DNA of 64,000 bases, taken from contig CBDBCZ010000017.1 in the NCBI GenBank assembly GCA_965203295.1, positions 2,048,001 to 2,112,000 on the forward strand, in the 5' to 3' direction. Below, one piece after another: positions 1-62,524 of this stretch (position 1 is its first letter; every line of letters begins with the position of its first letter). The translations under genes were made by a program, and so were the position numbers. This DNA comes from Nitrospirales bacterium (GTDB taxonomy: Bacteria > Nitrospirota > Nitrospiria > Nitrospirales > UBA8639). Under the pieces are notes generated by a model, which did no database searches, had not been told where the DNA came from, and saw nothing but the letters and a program-made list of their open reading frames with translations.

Positions 1-67
1 GCACGACATAGAACATAGCGGTAGGCTATATAGTGCTGGAAAACCCAGCTATTTTGGCACTCGGGAG

Positions 68-47419
<47,352 letters not shown>

Positions 47420-48515
47420 GGCTATAGGATGCAACCTTGTTCTGTATTCATGTAGTCTCTCAATTGCACTTCTATGTGCTTACTAAGCACCTTCTAAAGT
47501 CCTTATCCTCTTCTAATCTGATCACTACTCAAGAACTTGACCCAAGGAATTGAAGTAGACTGTACTATGTGTTGTCATTTACAACTAGCTCTTACTACAT
47601 GTATTATTAACGGTACACTTATACTTCAGAAAGACATAATGCGTGTATGTTACATGGGTTCCAGCCTCAGATGGCTTTCATATTCAGCTAGTAGGCTAAG
47701 TAGCTTAATTTTTATCTCAAAGAAACTATGGGAGCCCATGCAGTATACGTACGCAGGTGATTATTACCTTTACCAACCAATGACGCATATATGCGTCATG
47801 AGCTCCCATAAGCCCATATGAATTTATATGGGGGTTTTAATACTAGGCGCTAATACTTTGTACAGGCTTTTCTGCTTCTTTAGGCTGTTTCTTATGGTTG
47901 GTAAAGGGTTAATTAATTAAACGATTTTGCACACATTACATGTAGTATTTTTTTAATTAACTGAAACTAAAAAAAAAGGGTTTTAGTAGGAGCATAAACG
48001 TAACTAAAACTAGAATTTCAAAGTTGTGAGCTAAACTAATATTCTTTTAGCCAAAATCAACCCTTTCAATTTTGGATAACTAGTATGGTATTTTAGTTAA
48101 AACTTTATCAAAAATAAATTTTATTATCCTAATAATGTGAAGCCATACTAAAACAACACTGATCTGTATATCGGCTTAGTGAACCCAGCCTTGTTCCCAG
48201 GCCCACACCATTTTCAGTTACACAAAAGCTGTCCTTTCCCTTTTTTGCAACTGAAAAAGTTGCAAGCCTAGAAACAAGGCTATAGGGAGCCCACTGCAGG
48301 TCTAAAATAGTCTTGTGCCCAGACCACATGGACTAGGTCTTTAATAAATAGAAACAGTGAGCATGCTTCGCACACAACATAAAGTATTTACATATGTCCT
48401 CTGTAGCCTAGCACTTGCTGCTTGCAATGTTAAGAGAAACAAGCAACAGCAAAAACTATGTACAGAGTGAAAAGCCTTCAGGGCTTGTGTGTATTCACAG
48501 ATCACTACTACTCAC

Positions 48516-51013
<2,498 letters not shown>

Positions 51014-51137
51014 CTACTCACGGCGCGTCACCACTTGCATTGTGATAATCGCAATGATAATCACAGTTGAATGCAACATCAGAGGCGTGGCCTGTTGCTA
51101 TAGTTTGCTGCGCTGCACTGCACTGACAAAGCAAAGA

Positions 51138-51170
51138 ATGTCCAGAACAGCGTCTAGTAGAAAAGCAGAT
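51138..51170 (+). CDS. CEP41: CEP41 exon 1 ([11 protein letters not shown])
   Basis: ATG, GAT|GTGAGT donor, phase 0. Confidence 0.75.
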
Positions 51171-54100
51171 GTGAGTTTTTTTATTGAATATAGCAACTGG
51201 TATCAAGATTGGCACTACCAAATTTATCTCATCTCACTGCACACTATTACTGCACTGTGCATGGGGGGGGTAAACATAATTTATTTTATGACCTAGTCAG
51301 CCCCTTATCAAGGCTTACTAACTAGGTGTAGTCCCTAAAGGTAGGCTAGTGCACTACTACCCACGGTGCCTGTTTCGTTGGACTAGCTTCAAGTGTAGTC
51401 TCCTGCTGGATTTATACCCATTTCGTCTAATCCCATTTTGTCTAACAAATGTGCACATGTCCCATTTTGTCTAAAAAAAAACAAGAGTGAGGAAATGTGA
51501 CTGTCTAAACAGGCCACATGGAAAAAGGGTCTGGGAACATGATGTGACGTTTCTGCTGCAGCCACACCTGTGGCACAGAATGAACTTGAAATAACAAATT
51601 ACGTCCCAGACCGCTCGTTTTCCGCATGGTCTGGTCACGAGACTTGAGACTATTTTTGAAAGTGAAAATCTATTATACCAGTCTCACTTGCACTAGCACT
51701 ATACATGTAAGTAAAATACAGATTTGCTAGTTCTCTGAGCTGCTTGCAGTTCTTCTAGAACCTACCACTTATTTGCCACTAGTAGAACGCTGTCATCACA
51801 GGGTCATGACATGTGCAAGTATATTTACACCTCTAATGGCTCACCACTGCCTCATAATTTGTGGGGCTGCTTATACTTGTCTAGCTTCATTAGTCACTAA
51901 TTCATCCTGTGAATTAAGTTGTAGTTTTTCATTACCACTTCACTACATGTACTCAAGATACCTTGCTGTTACATGTATGTTTACAGTTTACTAGTATGAG
52001 GCTGCAACTTGATATGTGGCTTGTGGCTACTAAGGCATACGTAGATCTACTGGTAAGCCAGGTGCATACAGCTGCTTATTCCGTGGATATAGGTATTGCT
52101 AAAAGACTAATGATTACGCATATGCCTGCTTCCACCATATCTAAGTAAGTTGTTTATGCCGTGCATAATATTCGTAGCCGTACTGCATTAAATGTTTGGA
52201 CGATACCAATATAATAAGAAAGAACCTGGTCCTGTATGACATGAGTGTGCATGTTGAATACTGTGCATATGCTACTAGTAACTATATATATCTCTCAACT
52301 GCTGTCATTGAGTGTGCATGTTGAATGTTGTGTTTATGCTACTAGTAACTGTATATCTCTCAACTGCAGCCATTGAGTAAGAAGATACCAGAGAATCCGA
52401 AGTACAAGCATGTCAAATCTGCCATTGATACAGGTACAGACTAGTTGTTGCATGTCTATAATATTATATTGTACAATGTTTTTTTTAGTGTACATGTGTC
52501 ATAGACATTTTACTCAAACTTACTCTAGGTGCCAGTGTAAGTAAGTACCTGGAACATGTGGATGAGATAAGGAAAAGTAAGTCAAACACTGTGTGCAGGG
52601 CAAACTGTTCTTTGCTGCATGTACTGTACTGTAGGTAATTAGTGCTCATGCTGCAGTCAGCCAAGTAACACTGCTGACTACTATGTGTACATACACATTT
52701 ACAAAACCTGCACCTATTTTAAACAGATTATCGCTACCGCAAGGATGAGATTTTCAAGCGATTGAAAGTGACAACATTTGCACAACTGGTAATGCTTTTA
52801 CATATATGTACATGTAGGAGCAGTTATTAAATTCACTCCAACTGGTGTTGCAGGTACTGCAAGTCGCTGGAAGTGAAGATGCAAGCTCAGTGGTAGAACT
52901 GCCCTCTTTTGGTTTTGGTAGGTACATGCAGATGTATAGTATGTTGCTTTACAACACCCTCACGAATTATCATAAATGTTCACATGTAGACTTTCATGAA
53001 GCTTCACGAAGGATGGTTATTTACATGAAACTTCAGCCCAGCCTTGCGAAGGATAGTTTACATAATACCTAAACTTCGACGATGTGTGCATGTGTTTCTC
53101 AAAGGATGGTTTTACATCGTACACAGTTGCAAGCATTTTCATTATTTTCCTGAACTTCATGAGGGCTTGTGAATGACTTAGTGAATGATTTGAGCTTCAC
53201 AAACCTTTCACGAAAGCTTACGATTATCTTGCAAAGACAACATACTGTATGGATAATTTAGCTCGGTCTGTATATAATATCACACCAACTAACAGCTGCT
53301 AACTATGTGGTGGTGATACATGTAAATCAAGTGCATGAAGTCTGTGGAGAAATGGCAATGTCATCTGTATGTCTCAAGGGTGTGATCCTGTTACTTCCTC
53401 CTTCAATCAGATTTTTGAAGCTTAGGTTGTGTAGCAGAGGTTTAGAGGTACACATTCTATACCTTTAGGAGTTGCAGGGTCCCCATGCAGGAAAGGCTAT
53501 CCTGGGACAAGATCCATTGTTATACGTGTAGCATTCCTGGTCCAGTATTCACTTGTACTCAAGGCACATGTGCAATGTCATAGCCTTTGCCCAAGTTACA
53601 ACTCTGCATTTTTTGAGGTGTTTTTCACTATGTATTGTTACATCCATTTCCACAGATGATTCTATTTCCCCAGTGAGCTCTCCTACGCGTAGTTCTATGG
53701 AGTCCCCTCCCGGTACTGCCAGATCTACTTTATCAAGGTATTGTGTTAATGTGTACTGCATACAATCGTTATGTAGAGATGCAGTATTCAGTACATATGT
53801 GCATGTAGTACATGTAGGTGCAATACGAAGCATTGTGAGGCAAGCGTGAACGAGCCCTTGCCCCATTGCAGTATGGCTTGTCAATGGCAGATGTGTCTAT
53901 GGTAGCTAGAAGCTTAAGGCGTGCCCCCTCCCTCATGTATAGCTTGTTGGCGACCTGGATACATGGTACCTAGCTCTCCTCTGTTGGCATCGCTGGAGCC
54001 TGATCTCACTGCAGTCTAGTGATAGCCCATAGGCAGCAGTGGTGGGGGGCCCCAGGACAGTTGCCCCTACAAAACTCAGTGTGAGTGTGTGCCACCACAA

Positions 54101-57100
54101 GGGCTAACTGTAGCATGGCAAGTCGTTAATTGTGTTTTTGCTGAGATGCAACACTTACAGATGTCACTGCAGCAGCTAGGAAGCTTTGAATGTGCAGAAA
54201 ACCCAGGTACGATACGCTATATTGATCATTAGCTTGCGTGCGTATGCTATTGCTTGTAGCTGCACTGGCCACATTCATTACATTTTTTAGTGTGTCCCCC
54301 CACCCCCCTCATGCTTCAAACAGCCTCCTCCACCTGTGTAGTCACCCTCTCCTAGTCGTGCAGGTACATGTACAAGAATAGGTTTGGCCATGTGAGAAAT
54401 TGGATCACGGATATGTACTGTGTGGACCATGCATGCAGACAAAAATCTCAATTGAACGGAGTAGTGTGGGACTCACTCACGTTTGCCCAATAATTGTTTC
54501 CTGCGTTTGGACATGTACACTACTGAGAGTTTCATTTAATTATGATGCACAAACAATAACTGTTACTACAAGTACTTGCACTCGCACAAGTACTTGTGCT
54601 TGTTCAACTCGCTCGCTTCGCTTGCTCTGTACATACAGAAATGAAAAGTGTCATCTACATGTGATTTGCATAGAGCATTTTAGCCAATGGCAGCAGTGCT
54701 TATGACTGAGCCACATGTAGCTAGCTCCACATTCAGACCTCAGTGTTGAAAATTGACTCTATCGCAGTGCAGTATGAGAGAAAGTGCGCATGTATAGTAC
54801 GTGTAAGCTTACACTACATCTCTTTTAAAAGCCAAAATTATGTATTATGTCCATGTATATAATATGTAATGTCTATGTAGTATACATGTAGCTATCGTAT
54901 GGAATGTTGAGCGCCTGCCAGTGGCAGTAGCCTAATCGAGACTTTAGTGTCCCTGATGGTTTTCCGCCAGAGCCATGTGGAGGCAGTAACTCAAAGGAGA
55001 GACTGCAAAAGATTACAAAATAATAAGACCAAAGCCTAGCTCTTTACAGCCATGCCCCAGATTTAAGCGAATGGAAATGACTCCATTTAATGCACATCAT
55101 CGTAGTCTGTCTAGCGCAGGTCTAGCGTAGCAGTTACAGCTGTGCACGGTTTGCACTTACTGTACATACGCCACTAACCTTTGTGATAGAGCGCGCTCGA
55201 ATTGCTCATTTGAGGCCATCATGATAATACTGTCGGCTATCTAGCGTCCCAACGCATGCAGCGGTCAAGTTTCTAAGTACTCATATGATGACATCACAGT
55301 CTTCTCACGTATTCTTGTGCAATCGAGGGTCATTAGTAGACGTCATGTCCGTTACACACGCACACACACACACACGCACAGACAGACAGAAGTAACACTA
55401 AAATATTGATATGTAACAGTAATGAATCTGCAAATGTGTGACCTGCATTTGAGATATGTATCCTGTTACTATAGTAGTAGTGAAGTAAAATTTTTGATAC
55501 ACGTTCAATTTGACAAAACAGGCTTAAGGATTTTGTACCCAGGTCAGTAATAATCATTTTTTTCTTGACTAATGTTTCAGAGCCATAGATCCATATCTTG
55601 TAGGGTACATACGTGTAGCTTCATTCCCAGTCTGCATATGAATTTGAGTGTCTGGTCCAGGAGCACCTGGGAATGAGCTGGTTGTAGGGTAGCACAAAGC
55701 CTCACTCACAGGGCACAGAAAGGGAGCATAATGCCAGTTAGAAGGGTTTTTTTTTTTTAATTGGTGATGTTGCATTAAAGGCCTTCTCTGTGGATGCAGC
55801 AAATCACCATGCATGTACGTATTTCCTGGTTGTTGACTGTTTACACATACAGTACTTATCTGCTTGAAGAAATTTTTCTTTGATAGTATCGTGGCAGGTG
55901 TTGGTGAATTGGATGTAGGAATGTCAGAGGCAGTGTCCCCCCCTCCTCCTCCTACCTCTCCTCTCTGTCCCTATCTGCTACTGGATGTCAGAGACAAGGA
56001 TGACTATGACCGCTGCCATGTTATCTCCGGTGTGTAGTGGTCTTCAACGTTTTAAATGTGTAGTGTGTGAATAAGGTTTATTATTACGTTTTAGCTGAAA
56101 GTCACTACACCATACCTTTTTTGTTGAGATCCTGCCAGCTCTAGGTCAACTGTCTTCACATTAATGTTAGTGTTTGTGAAGCAAACTGTGTAAACTTAGC
56201 TATTGTTTTAGTTCTCAGCTGCGTGTAGTATCGGTGTCATGTTGAGACAACGTTTCTCTGGACCACAGCTAAAAGCTATCCAGCGACGATGCTGTCAAGA
56301 TCGTGCAACTACTTCACAAGGGATATACTGGAATATGTATCCTAAATGTTTGTTTTAGTCATTATAGCTAACTTTCATAGATCACTGGTTGAATAATGTT
56401 TGCTTCCGGCCTGTATGTAAACAAGGCCAAGAAGATATACCACCTACTGTGAAGGAGGTTTTTGGGATATATTGCGAGGGGTATATGCCCATAAACCTCT
56501 GGTATAGCAATAATACACCGATTGGACATGGTTCATATTTTATATATCGTGTTGAATTTTGATAAGGTTTGCTACATGATATATCTCATAGTGATGATGT
56601 CATCATAGGAGCTTAAGTACAGTAGCTGGGTATGATATTAGCCATATCAACCTATACTCGGGTTTGAATTCATATCATTACATTATGATTGAAGCATCAA
56701 TATAACAGCATGACTGATGCATGATACATTGGGAAATTTAGCCCTTGAGCTACTCAGCTCAGCTAGCTAACTCACTGACGCTCAGCTACTCGTCTTCTTA
56801 GTTCTTTCGAAGGGCACAGGTATCTGAGCATGCGCAGTCTTGAATGACATCATCGCTATGAGATATATTATATGAAGCATAGGAGTATATGGTTGGTATA
56901 CTAAATATACGTCCTCGGTCCGCGGGCGTTTCCGATATTGACCTCGGCGCTACGCGCCTCGGTCAATATCGGACACGCCCTTGGACCTCAGTCGTATATT
57001 TAGCATACCAACCTAACTCCTATGCTATATATATTACATATAACATGTCCAATCCGTGAATATCATTGCTATACCACCTGCTGGTGTTTGGAGGTTTCTG

Positions 57101-59741
57101 GGAATATACCCCTCGGGCCTCCGGCCCTTGCGGTATATTCCCAAATACCTCCTACACAGCAGGTGGTATATCACTGATATACACCTCCTGGCCATGATAT
57201 ATATATTACGTACTCTCTAAACACACACATCACTGTTTGACCTCTGCTTAGCCCCGTTCCCTGGTCACACAACCTGGGCACGAAGCTAACCTCTACTGTA
57301 ATTTTATGCGATTCCTTGGTTCTTGCTGCTCATAATATATTCTGATGTATTTGTTGTGTGATTGTCACAGGACTACTGCATTCTGTCCAGTGACAATACT
57401 GCCGAGTCAGCAATAACCAAATGAAAGTCACCATATGGTACAACCAGTATCACAAAGTCTGGGCTGTCCTTATCCAAATCATATTGTACATGTAGTATGC
57501 GTTGCGACAAAAAGATACCTGCGCTTTTAATAACTGTTACACTGTGAGCTATCTTTGACTTGTGATGTGCAGAAAAACAAGCCTGGAAGGATTATCATTT
57601 TATATGATGAGGATGAGAGAATTGCACCACAGGCTGCGACGACTTTTGTGCAGCGGGAAGTGGACAATGTCTTCATGCTGTCAGGTGGTGAGTACCTCAA
57701 TAGTCTATTTTGAATGCTGCTCTACATTGGTTACATATAACTGAAGGATAAACTTAATCTTTCAACAAACATGTATATAATATGTCACAATTTATGTATG
57801 AACGAAAAAACTACATCACTGTAGGGTTAAAGGTCACCTATAAGACATTTCCCAAAGGCATGATCTCTGGCCCAGTTCCTGCTTCATGCATCCAATCCCC
57901 CCCTGGATCTGCACGCAAGAAGACGTCATCTACTCCTTTGCCTCCTGGCCAGGGAGCAGGAATCAGTACAGCCTTGACTGCTGGCAGAAATAAATTTACC
58001 AGTGAAGGTACATGAACGCAGTGGTAAACTAGGAACCAGCTGGGCAGGAGTGTGTCAGCCATGCATATATCTACTTCCATTGTATAGTCAGCGGAAGTTT
58101 GCACATATGGATAGTATCACATGCCTTATTCCCTCAATGCCAACTGGGTTTCAAACACTTTAGTTTCAGAAATGTCTTTGACTTGTCTTGATTGTAGCTA
58201 AAGTATGCCCTCTCAAAGGTACAGACCACTTTTGAGTTTGCTAAGTAGTTTTTATTTCTGTATCTTTGGTGGTTTAATTACTCCGGCAGTCTGATCCAGG
58301 CTAAGTTTGGGTGTAGCGTGTTCATTGTGTTTAGGAGATGGGGGAAGAGGCCTAATGAGAGAGTGATTATCGTTGGAATTGGCTGGGTACTACTGGCAAG
58401 TGCTACTAGCGGGTTTAGTGGCTATATAAAGCTGCTCCTCTGCCAAGGGGCTTCAGTAGCTCAATTGGTAAGAGAGAAGGTGTTTTTTTTTCTTTTCGGG
58501 ATTTCTTTACTCTCTCAGAAAGCTTGAAGAGTTTGCATTTACTATCCCCCTTTGCAGATCTTCAACTGTTACAGAATAACCTTGATGAAGCTCTTACTAG
58601 TAAGTTTACGCATAACTAAGATGTCACATAATGCCAGCATTTCCTGCATTTACATGTTGTTGTATGTGTTGTATGATGTTGATGCCATGTAACTTTCAAT
58701 TAGTGGTAGTTAGAACTTAGAACATGCCAATTAAGGCAGTCAGCTGTAGTGGTAGCAAGCGACAAAAGCTGTGTGGAGGCCTGGGAACGAGGCTACTGTA
58801 GTGGTGCCTTTGATTTGCACATGTATGGCTGTCATGCTACAAACCAGCTAAACCACCCCCTGGACACATTTACCTGTAATACACTGGACAGTTCTGGATA
58901 AACCCCTCGGGCTTTGCCGGTGGAGGGGGGGGGGGGGGGTTACCTGGAACTGTCTCGTGTATTACTGGCAAACACATCTAGGGGGTGATTTAACTATAAT
59001 ATGGAACAGGGATAATAGTATGACCTAACTACATACCCTGGGCAAGCTACAACAGGAAGCTGTTGCCACAATTATGTAATGCCAATACTATATCAGAAAC
59101 ATTTTCGGCACCCCTCATAATAATTTAAGCGGTTACTGATTCAGAAAATGGGTACCACTTTTCAGTCTACAGTATTACCTAGACATCACTACTCTGTGAG
59201 CACAATTGGAGAAGAAGGACACTTAATTCTGGAGAAGTACTCACGTCTCTCTTTTAGAGATGAATTCCCTTCTGTAAAGAATGCCTGCCATAGGTGCTCT
59301 TCCTTAGATTCCAGTCTACAGTATTACCTAGACATCACTACTCTGTGAGCACAATTGGAGAAGAAGGACACTTAATTCTGGAGAAGTACTCACGTCTCTC
59401 TTTTAGAGATGAATTCCCTTCTGTAAAGAATGCCTGCCATAGGTGCTCTTCCTTAGATTCCTGTTACAGTATATCATTTCGCATGTAGCATTCCTGGTAA
59501 ACCCTGTGAGCTAATGACTGGAGAGTTGAAACGTATATTGATTGTGACATACGTTGTGTGTACAAGCCAGTTCGTCTTGAAGATCAACTATATGCCCAAG
59601 TATCTTTCTCTTTGTCCTTCAGGTTCTCGTGCCAGCAGTCGGGCCACTACTAGTGCCAGTAATAGGACCACAACTAGTGCTAGCAGCAGGGCCACCAGTA
59701 GAATGGAAAGTCGGGCTGTTTCCACCAGACCTTGGAAATGA
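51138..59741 (+). CDS. CEP41: Centrosomal protein 41 (rhodanese-like domain), 12 coding exons, 340 aa
   Basis: Exons 51138-51170, 52370-52433, 52529-52576, 52727-52788, 52854-52917, 53656-53737, 55887-56029, 56269-56336, 57573-57687, 57825-58007, 58558-58599, 59623-59741 sum to 1023 nt in frame. Motifs: [64 protein letters not shown]...[19 protein letters not shown]...NVFMLSGGL, terminal RPWK*. Confidence 0.95.
52370..52433 (+). CDS. CEP41: CEP41 exon 2
   Basis: [21 protein letters not shown]. Confidence 0.9.
52529..52576 (+). CDS. CEP41: CEP41 exon 3
   Basis: [22 protein letters not shown] donor. Confidence 0.9.
52727..52788 (+). CDS. CEP41: CEP41 exon 4
   Basis: [20 protein letters not shown]. 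Confidence 0.92.
52854..52917 (+). CDS. CEP41: CEP41 exon 5
   Basis: [21 protein letters not shown]; phase 0 to 1. Confidence 0.85.
53656..53737 (+). CDS. CEP41: CEP41 exon 6
   Basis: [26 protein letters not shown]. Confidence 0.85.
54585..55320 (+). repeat. Dispersed ~750-bp repeat, copy 2
   Basis: Colinear with 4433-5175. Confidence 0.85.
55887..56029 (+). CDS. CEP41: CEP41 exon 7 (start of rhodanese-like domain)
   Basis: IVAGVGELD...[21 protein letters not shown]. Confidence 0.92.
56269..56336 (+). CDS. CEP41: CEP41 exon 8
   Basis: [22 protein letters not shown]; followed by a GTATCCT donor. Confidence 0.9.
56337..57572 (+). other. Probable U12-type (minor spliceosome) GT-AG intron in CEP41
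   Basis: 5' site GTATCCTAAA; branch-site-like TCTTTGAC at 57552-57559, about 14 nt from the AG; no polypyrimidine tract. Confidence 0.65.
56420..57210. mobile_element. Hairpin-rich (Crypton-type) non-autonomous elements in the CEP41 intron
   Basis: Inverted ends (GATATACCACCT...AGGTGGTATATC) and an internal ~145-nt hairpin at 56878-57023 centred on CGCTACGCG; fragment shared with 49725-49810. Confidence 0.6.
57573..57687 (+). CDS. CEP41: CEP41 exon 9
   Basis: [38 protein letters not shown]. Confidence 0.92.
57825..58007 (+). CDS. CEP41: CEP41 exon 10
   Basis: [21 protein letters not shown]...NKFTSE. Confidence 0.88.
58558..58599 (+). CDS. CEP41: CEP41 exon 11
   Basis: [13 protein letters not shown]; ttgcag acceptor, A|GTAAGT donor. 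Confidence 0.82.
59163..59460 (+). repeat. Perfect tandem duplication, 2 x 149 bp
   Basis: CAGTCTACAG...CCTTAGATTC repeated at 59163 and 59312. Confidence 0.95.
59623..59741 (+). CDS. CEP41: CEP41 terminal exon
   Basis: [10 protein letters not shown]...STRPWK*; CEP41-type PWK C-terminus. Confidence 0.88.
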
Positions 59742-60439
59742 ACATGCACAATGAATTAGCCTGCACAAGTGAAGAAATGTTGTGCTATATTATATTGTTC
59801 ACCTTCACATATTACTAAGTTACTGTTATTGTCAATGGACACACTTGTACGTATAAACTATGTTTTATTTTTACCAGTGTCTCACTTCTGTAAATACAGG
59901 TAATAATAGAAACTACAAGGGGTGTATATAGGAAATGATTGATGCCACAACTAGGCAGATAAATTGCAATGCACTACTGCAGTGCGGAGATTATTACATT
60001 CTGATAGAATTGGACTCATTTAGATGTAGACAGGAGCTTAATCCGGTACAGATATGTATTATGATTGTGACATTGGGTTAGACACAAACTTCATTTATAA
60101 TTCGGATACAGACATTTAGTAGACATGATACAGACTCGAACTTCGGATACGGAGATTTTGGACATATTTTACTGATTTCGATATCGACATTCTCCTTCAG
60201 CTGGAAAATAATTTGCTACCTTGTGGTGGTATAATTTGGATGCTGAGATAATTGTGGTGGTATAATTTGGATGCTGAGAGATTACTACTAGACAATGAGT
60301 GGGAAGTGAAGCCGTGTAGAGGTGGGCAGAGGAAGACCTGGAGGAAAGTAATCAGTGAATAATTGTTGCTGCAGTTAAATCTACGTACTATAATCCATAA
60401 CAGGAGCAATCAAAGTGTCATAATATTATAGGTATGTAT

Positions 60440-60780
60440 AAGTGTCATAACTATGTCCACCCAATGCCTTGGCTTTACTTATTAAACAACCTAATGCATA
60501 ACGAGCAGCTAAGTTTACTCTGGCAACCATTTCTTTAGTGTCAAGGTATTGATTAATCCACAGCCGTAAGTACTTGTATTCATTTCAATATTGTATTTGA
60601 TTATTCCCACATTTAAAAACAAAGGAAGACTGTGTTTGTCTTTTATGCCTAATGTGCATCACCTTTGTTTTCTGCAAATTAAATTGAATACCGTTCTGAC
60701 TGCACCAACTAAATGTCATACCTATGAGGGCTTGTAACTTTTGTGGATTGGAATCTACATGTACATGTATCAGAACAATG
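60440..60780 (-). mobile_element. LINE RT C-terminal fragment
   Basis: KLQALIGMTFSWCSQNGIQFNLQKTKVMH...EYKYLRLWI. Confidence 0.75.
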
Positions 60781-60828
60781 CAAACACACACAAACACACT
60801 AACTGGTAATGAGAATTGTGTTAGCAAT

Positions 60829-61144
<316 letters not shown>

Positions 61145-62524
61145 GGTCGTCTTCTGATTCTGGTACGTTAAGTGTCAGAACAGGCACCCATTGTGAAATA
61201 TCCCGTGGATCGGAGTTGCCATAGATTCCAACATGAGTCCTTGAGGGGGCAGACATGAAAAAGCTAGCCTAAGGGTTCTCTCTCTGATACTTTGGCAGTT
61301 CTCCACCAATTTTTGTACTTGGAGACTGCTACAAAATAGAATTTGTTTATAACCCCAATCATAGGTTTCAAGTGGATCGAAGATCTGATGAGAGAACTAA
61401 CACATTCTATAGTATTGCAGTTGCAGGGACTTTAAATTAGAAAAGATACTGTCTGCCATCCAAACTGACCTATTGGATGTATTAAATATGGAATGGTATA
61501 CTATATAGCATGGTGGAAGGATGGAGAAAGTGCTTACATAAATGTTGGACAGGAAATGCAATTCAGTCTCTAGGAAATCAACAACAGCATACTGAGCCTT
61601 CATTCACTTACTTTAGGGTACATCCAATTATGATACTTTCCCTAAAGCGGACACCAACGGTTGTGCTTGGCTCACATGTTTCACTGCTACTCCTCGCCAC
61701 CAGCCACATGCCACTGTCCACAGAGATGTTCACTACACATTTGCTGATGTAACTCAAAGTGATTTCCACAGACGCATCAGAAATTTCTCCAGATCCATTG
61801 TGGCTAAGGGAGTATTGTCAAAAGAATTTACAGTAAAAACAAATGGGACAGCTCAAAATGTTGCTTTTTAAATATTGCCACAGTTAATTAATCAATTATT
61901 TATAATGTAATTAATTAATTATGATGCTTTGTGACGTAGCTGGTAGGTTATTTCAGGGAGGGCTGCGTCTTGAACCTTTCTTGCTGGGGCTTCCTGCAGC
62001 AAAGGCACCTGACCCCACACTGGAATTAGCAGCAACTTTAACTAGTTTCGATCAACACTCTCTTCAGCACACCACTGTGGCAATTGGCATGTTCATCAGC
62101 ACACTGATGATTGCAGCTAGCCACATCACAATCCTACCAGCCATATTCACATGCAATGATGTAACTAAGCACATCAGAACTGACATTATATGCACAACAT
62201 ATCCTACACTGCTGCATGCAGTACATATATCAATACAGCGCTCCCTGCCTCACCGACAACTAGAAGGGATTGAAGGGGGTTTACTGTGAGCTTCTAGAAT
62301 TAGGAACTAAGGATTGCTTTATATGGGTAAATTATTTGGTCCTCTAATAATTCATACCCTCTAATAATTCATGTATTTGAATAATTCGCACACTCCCAAT
62401 TATTCACTCACTTGGATTGTAAATGTGCATACAGCACACATGCGATACTCTACATAACGCTATGCCTAGTACTATCCAGATGCAATGCTGTATTGCTTAG
62501 TATTAAAAATGCACCCTGACTCAC

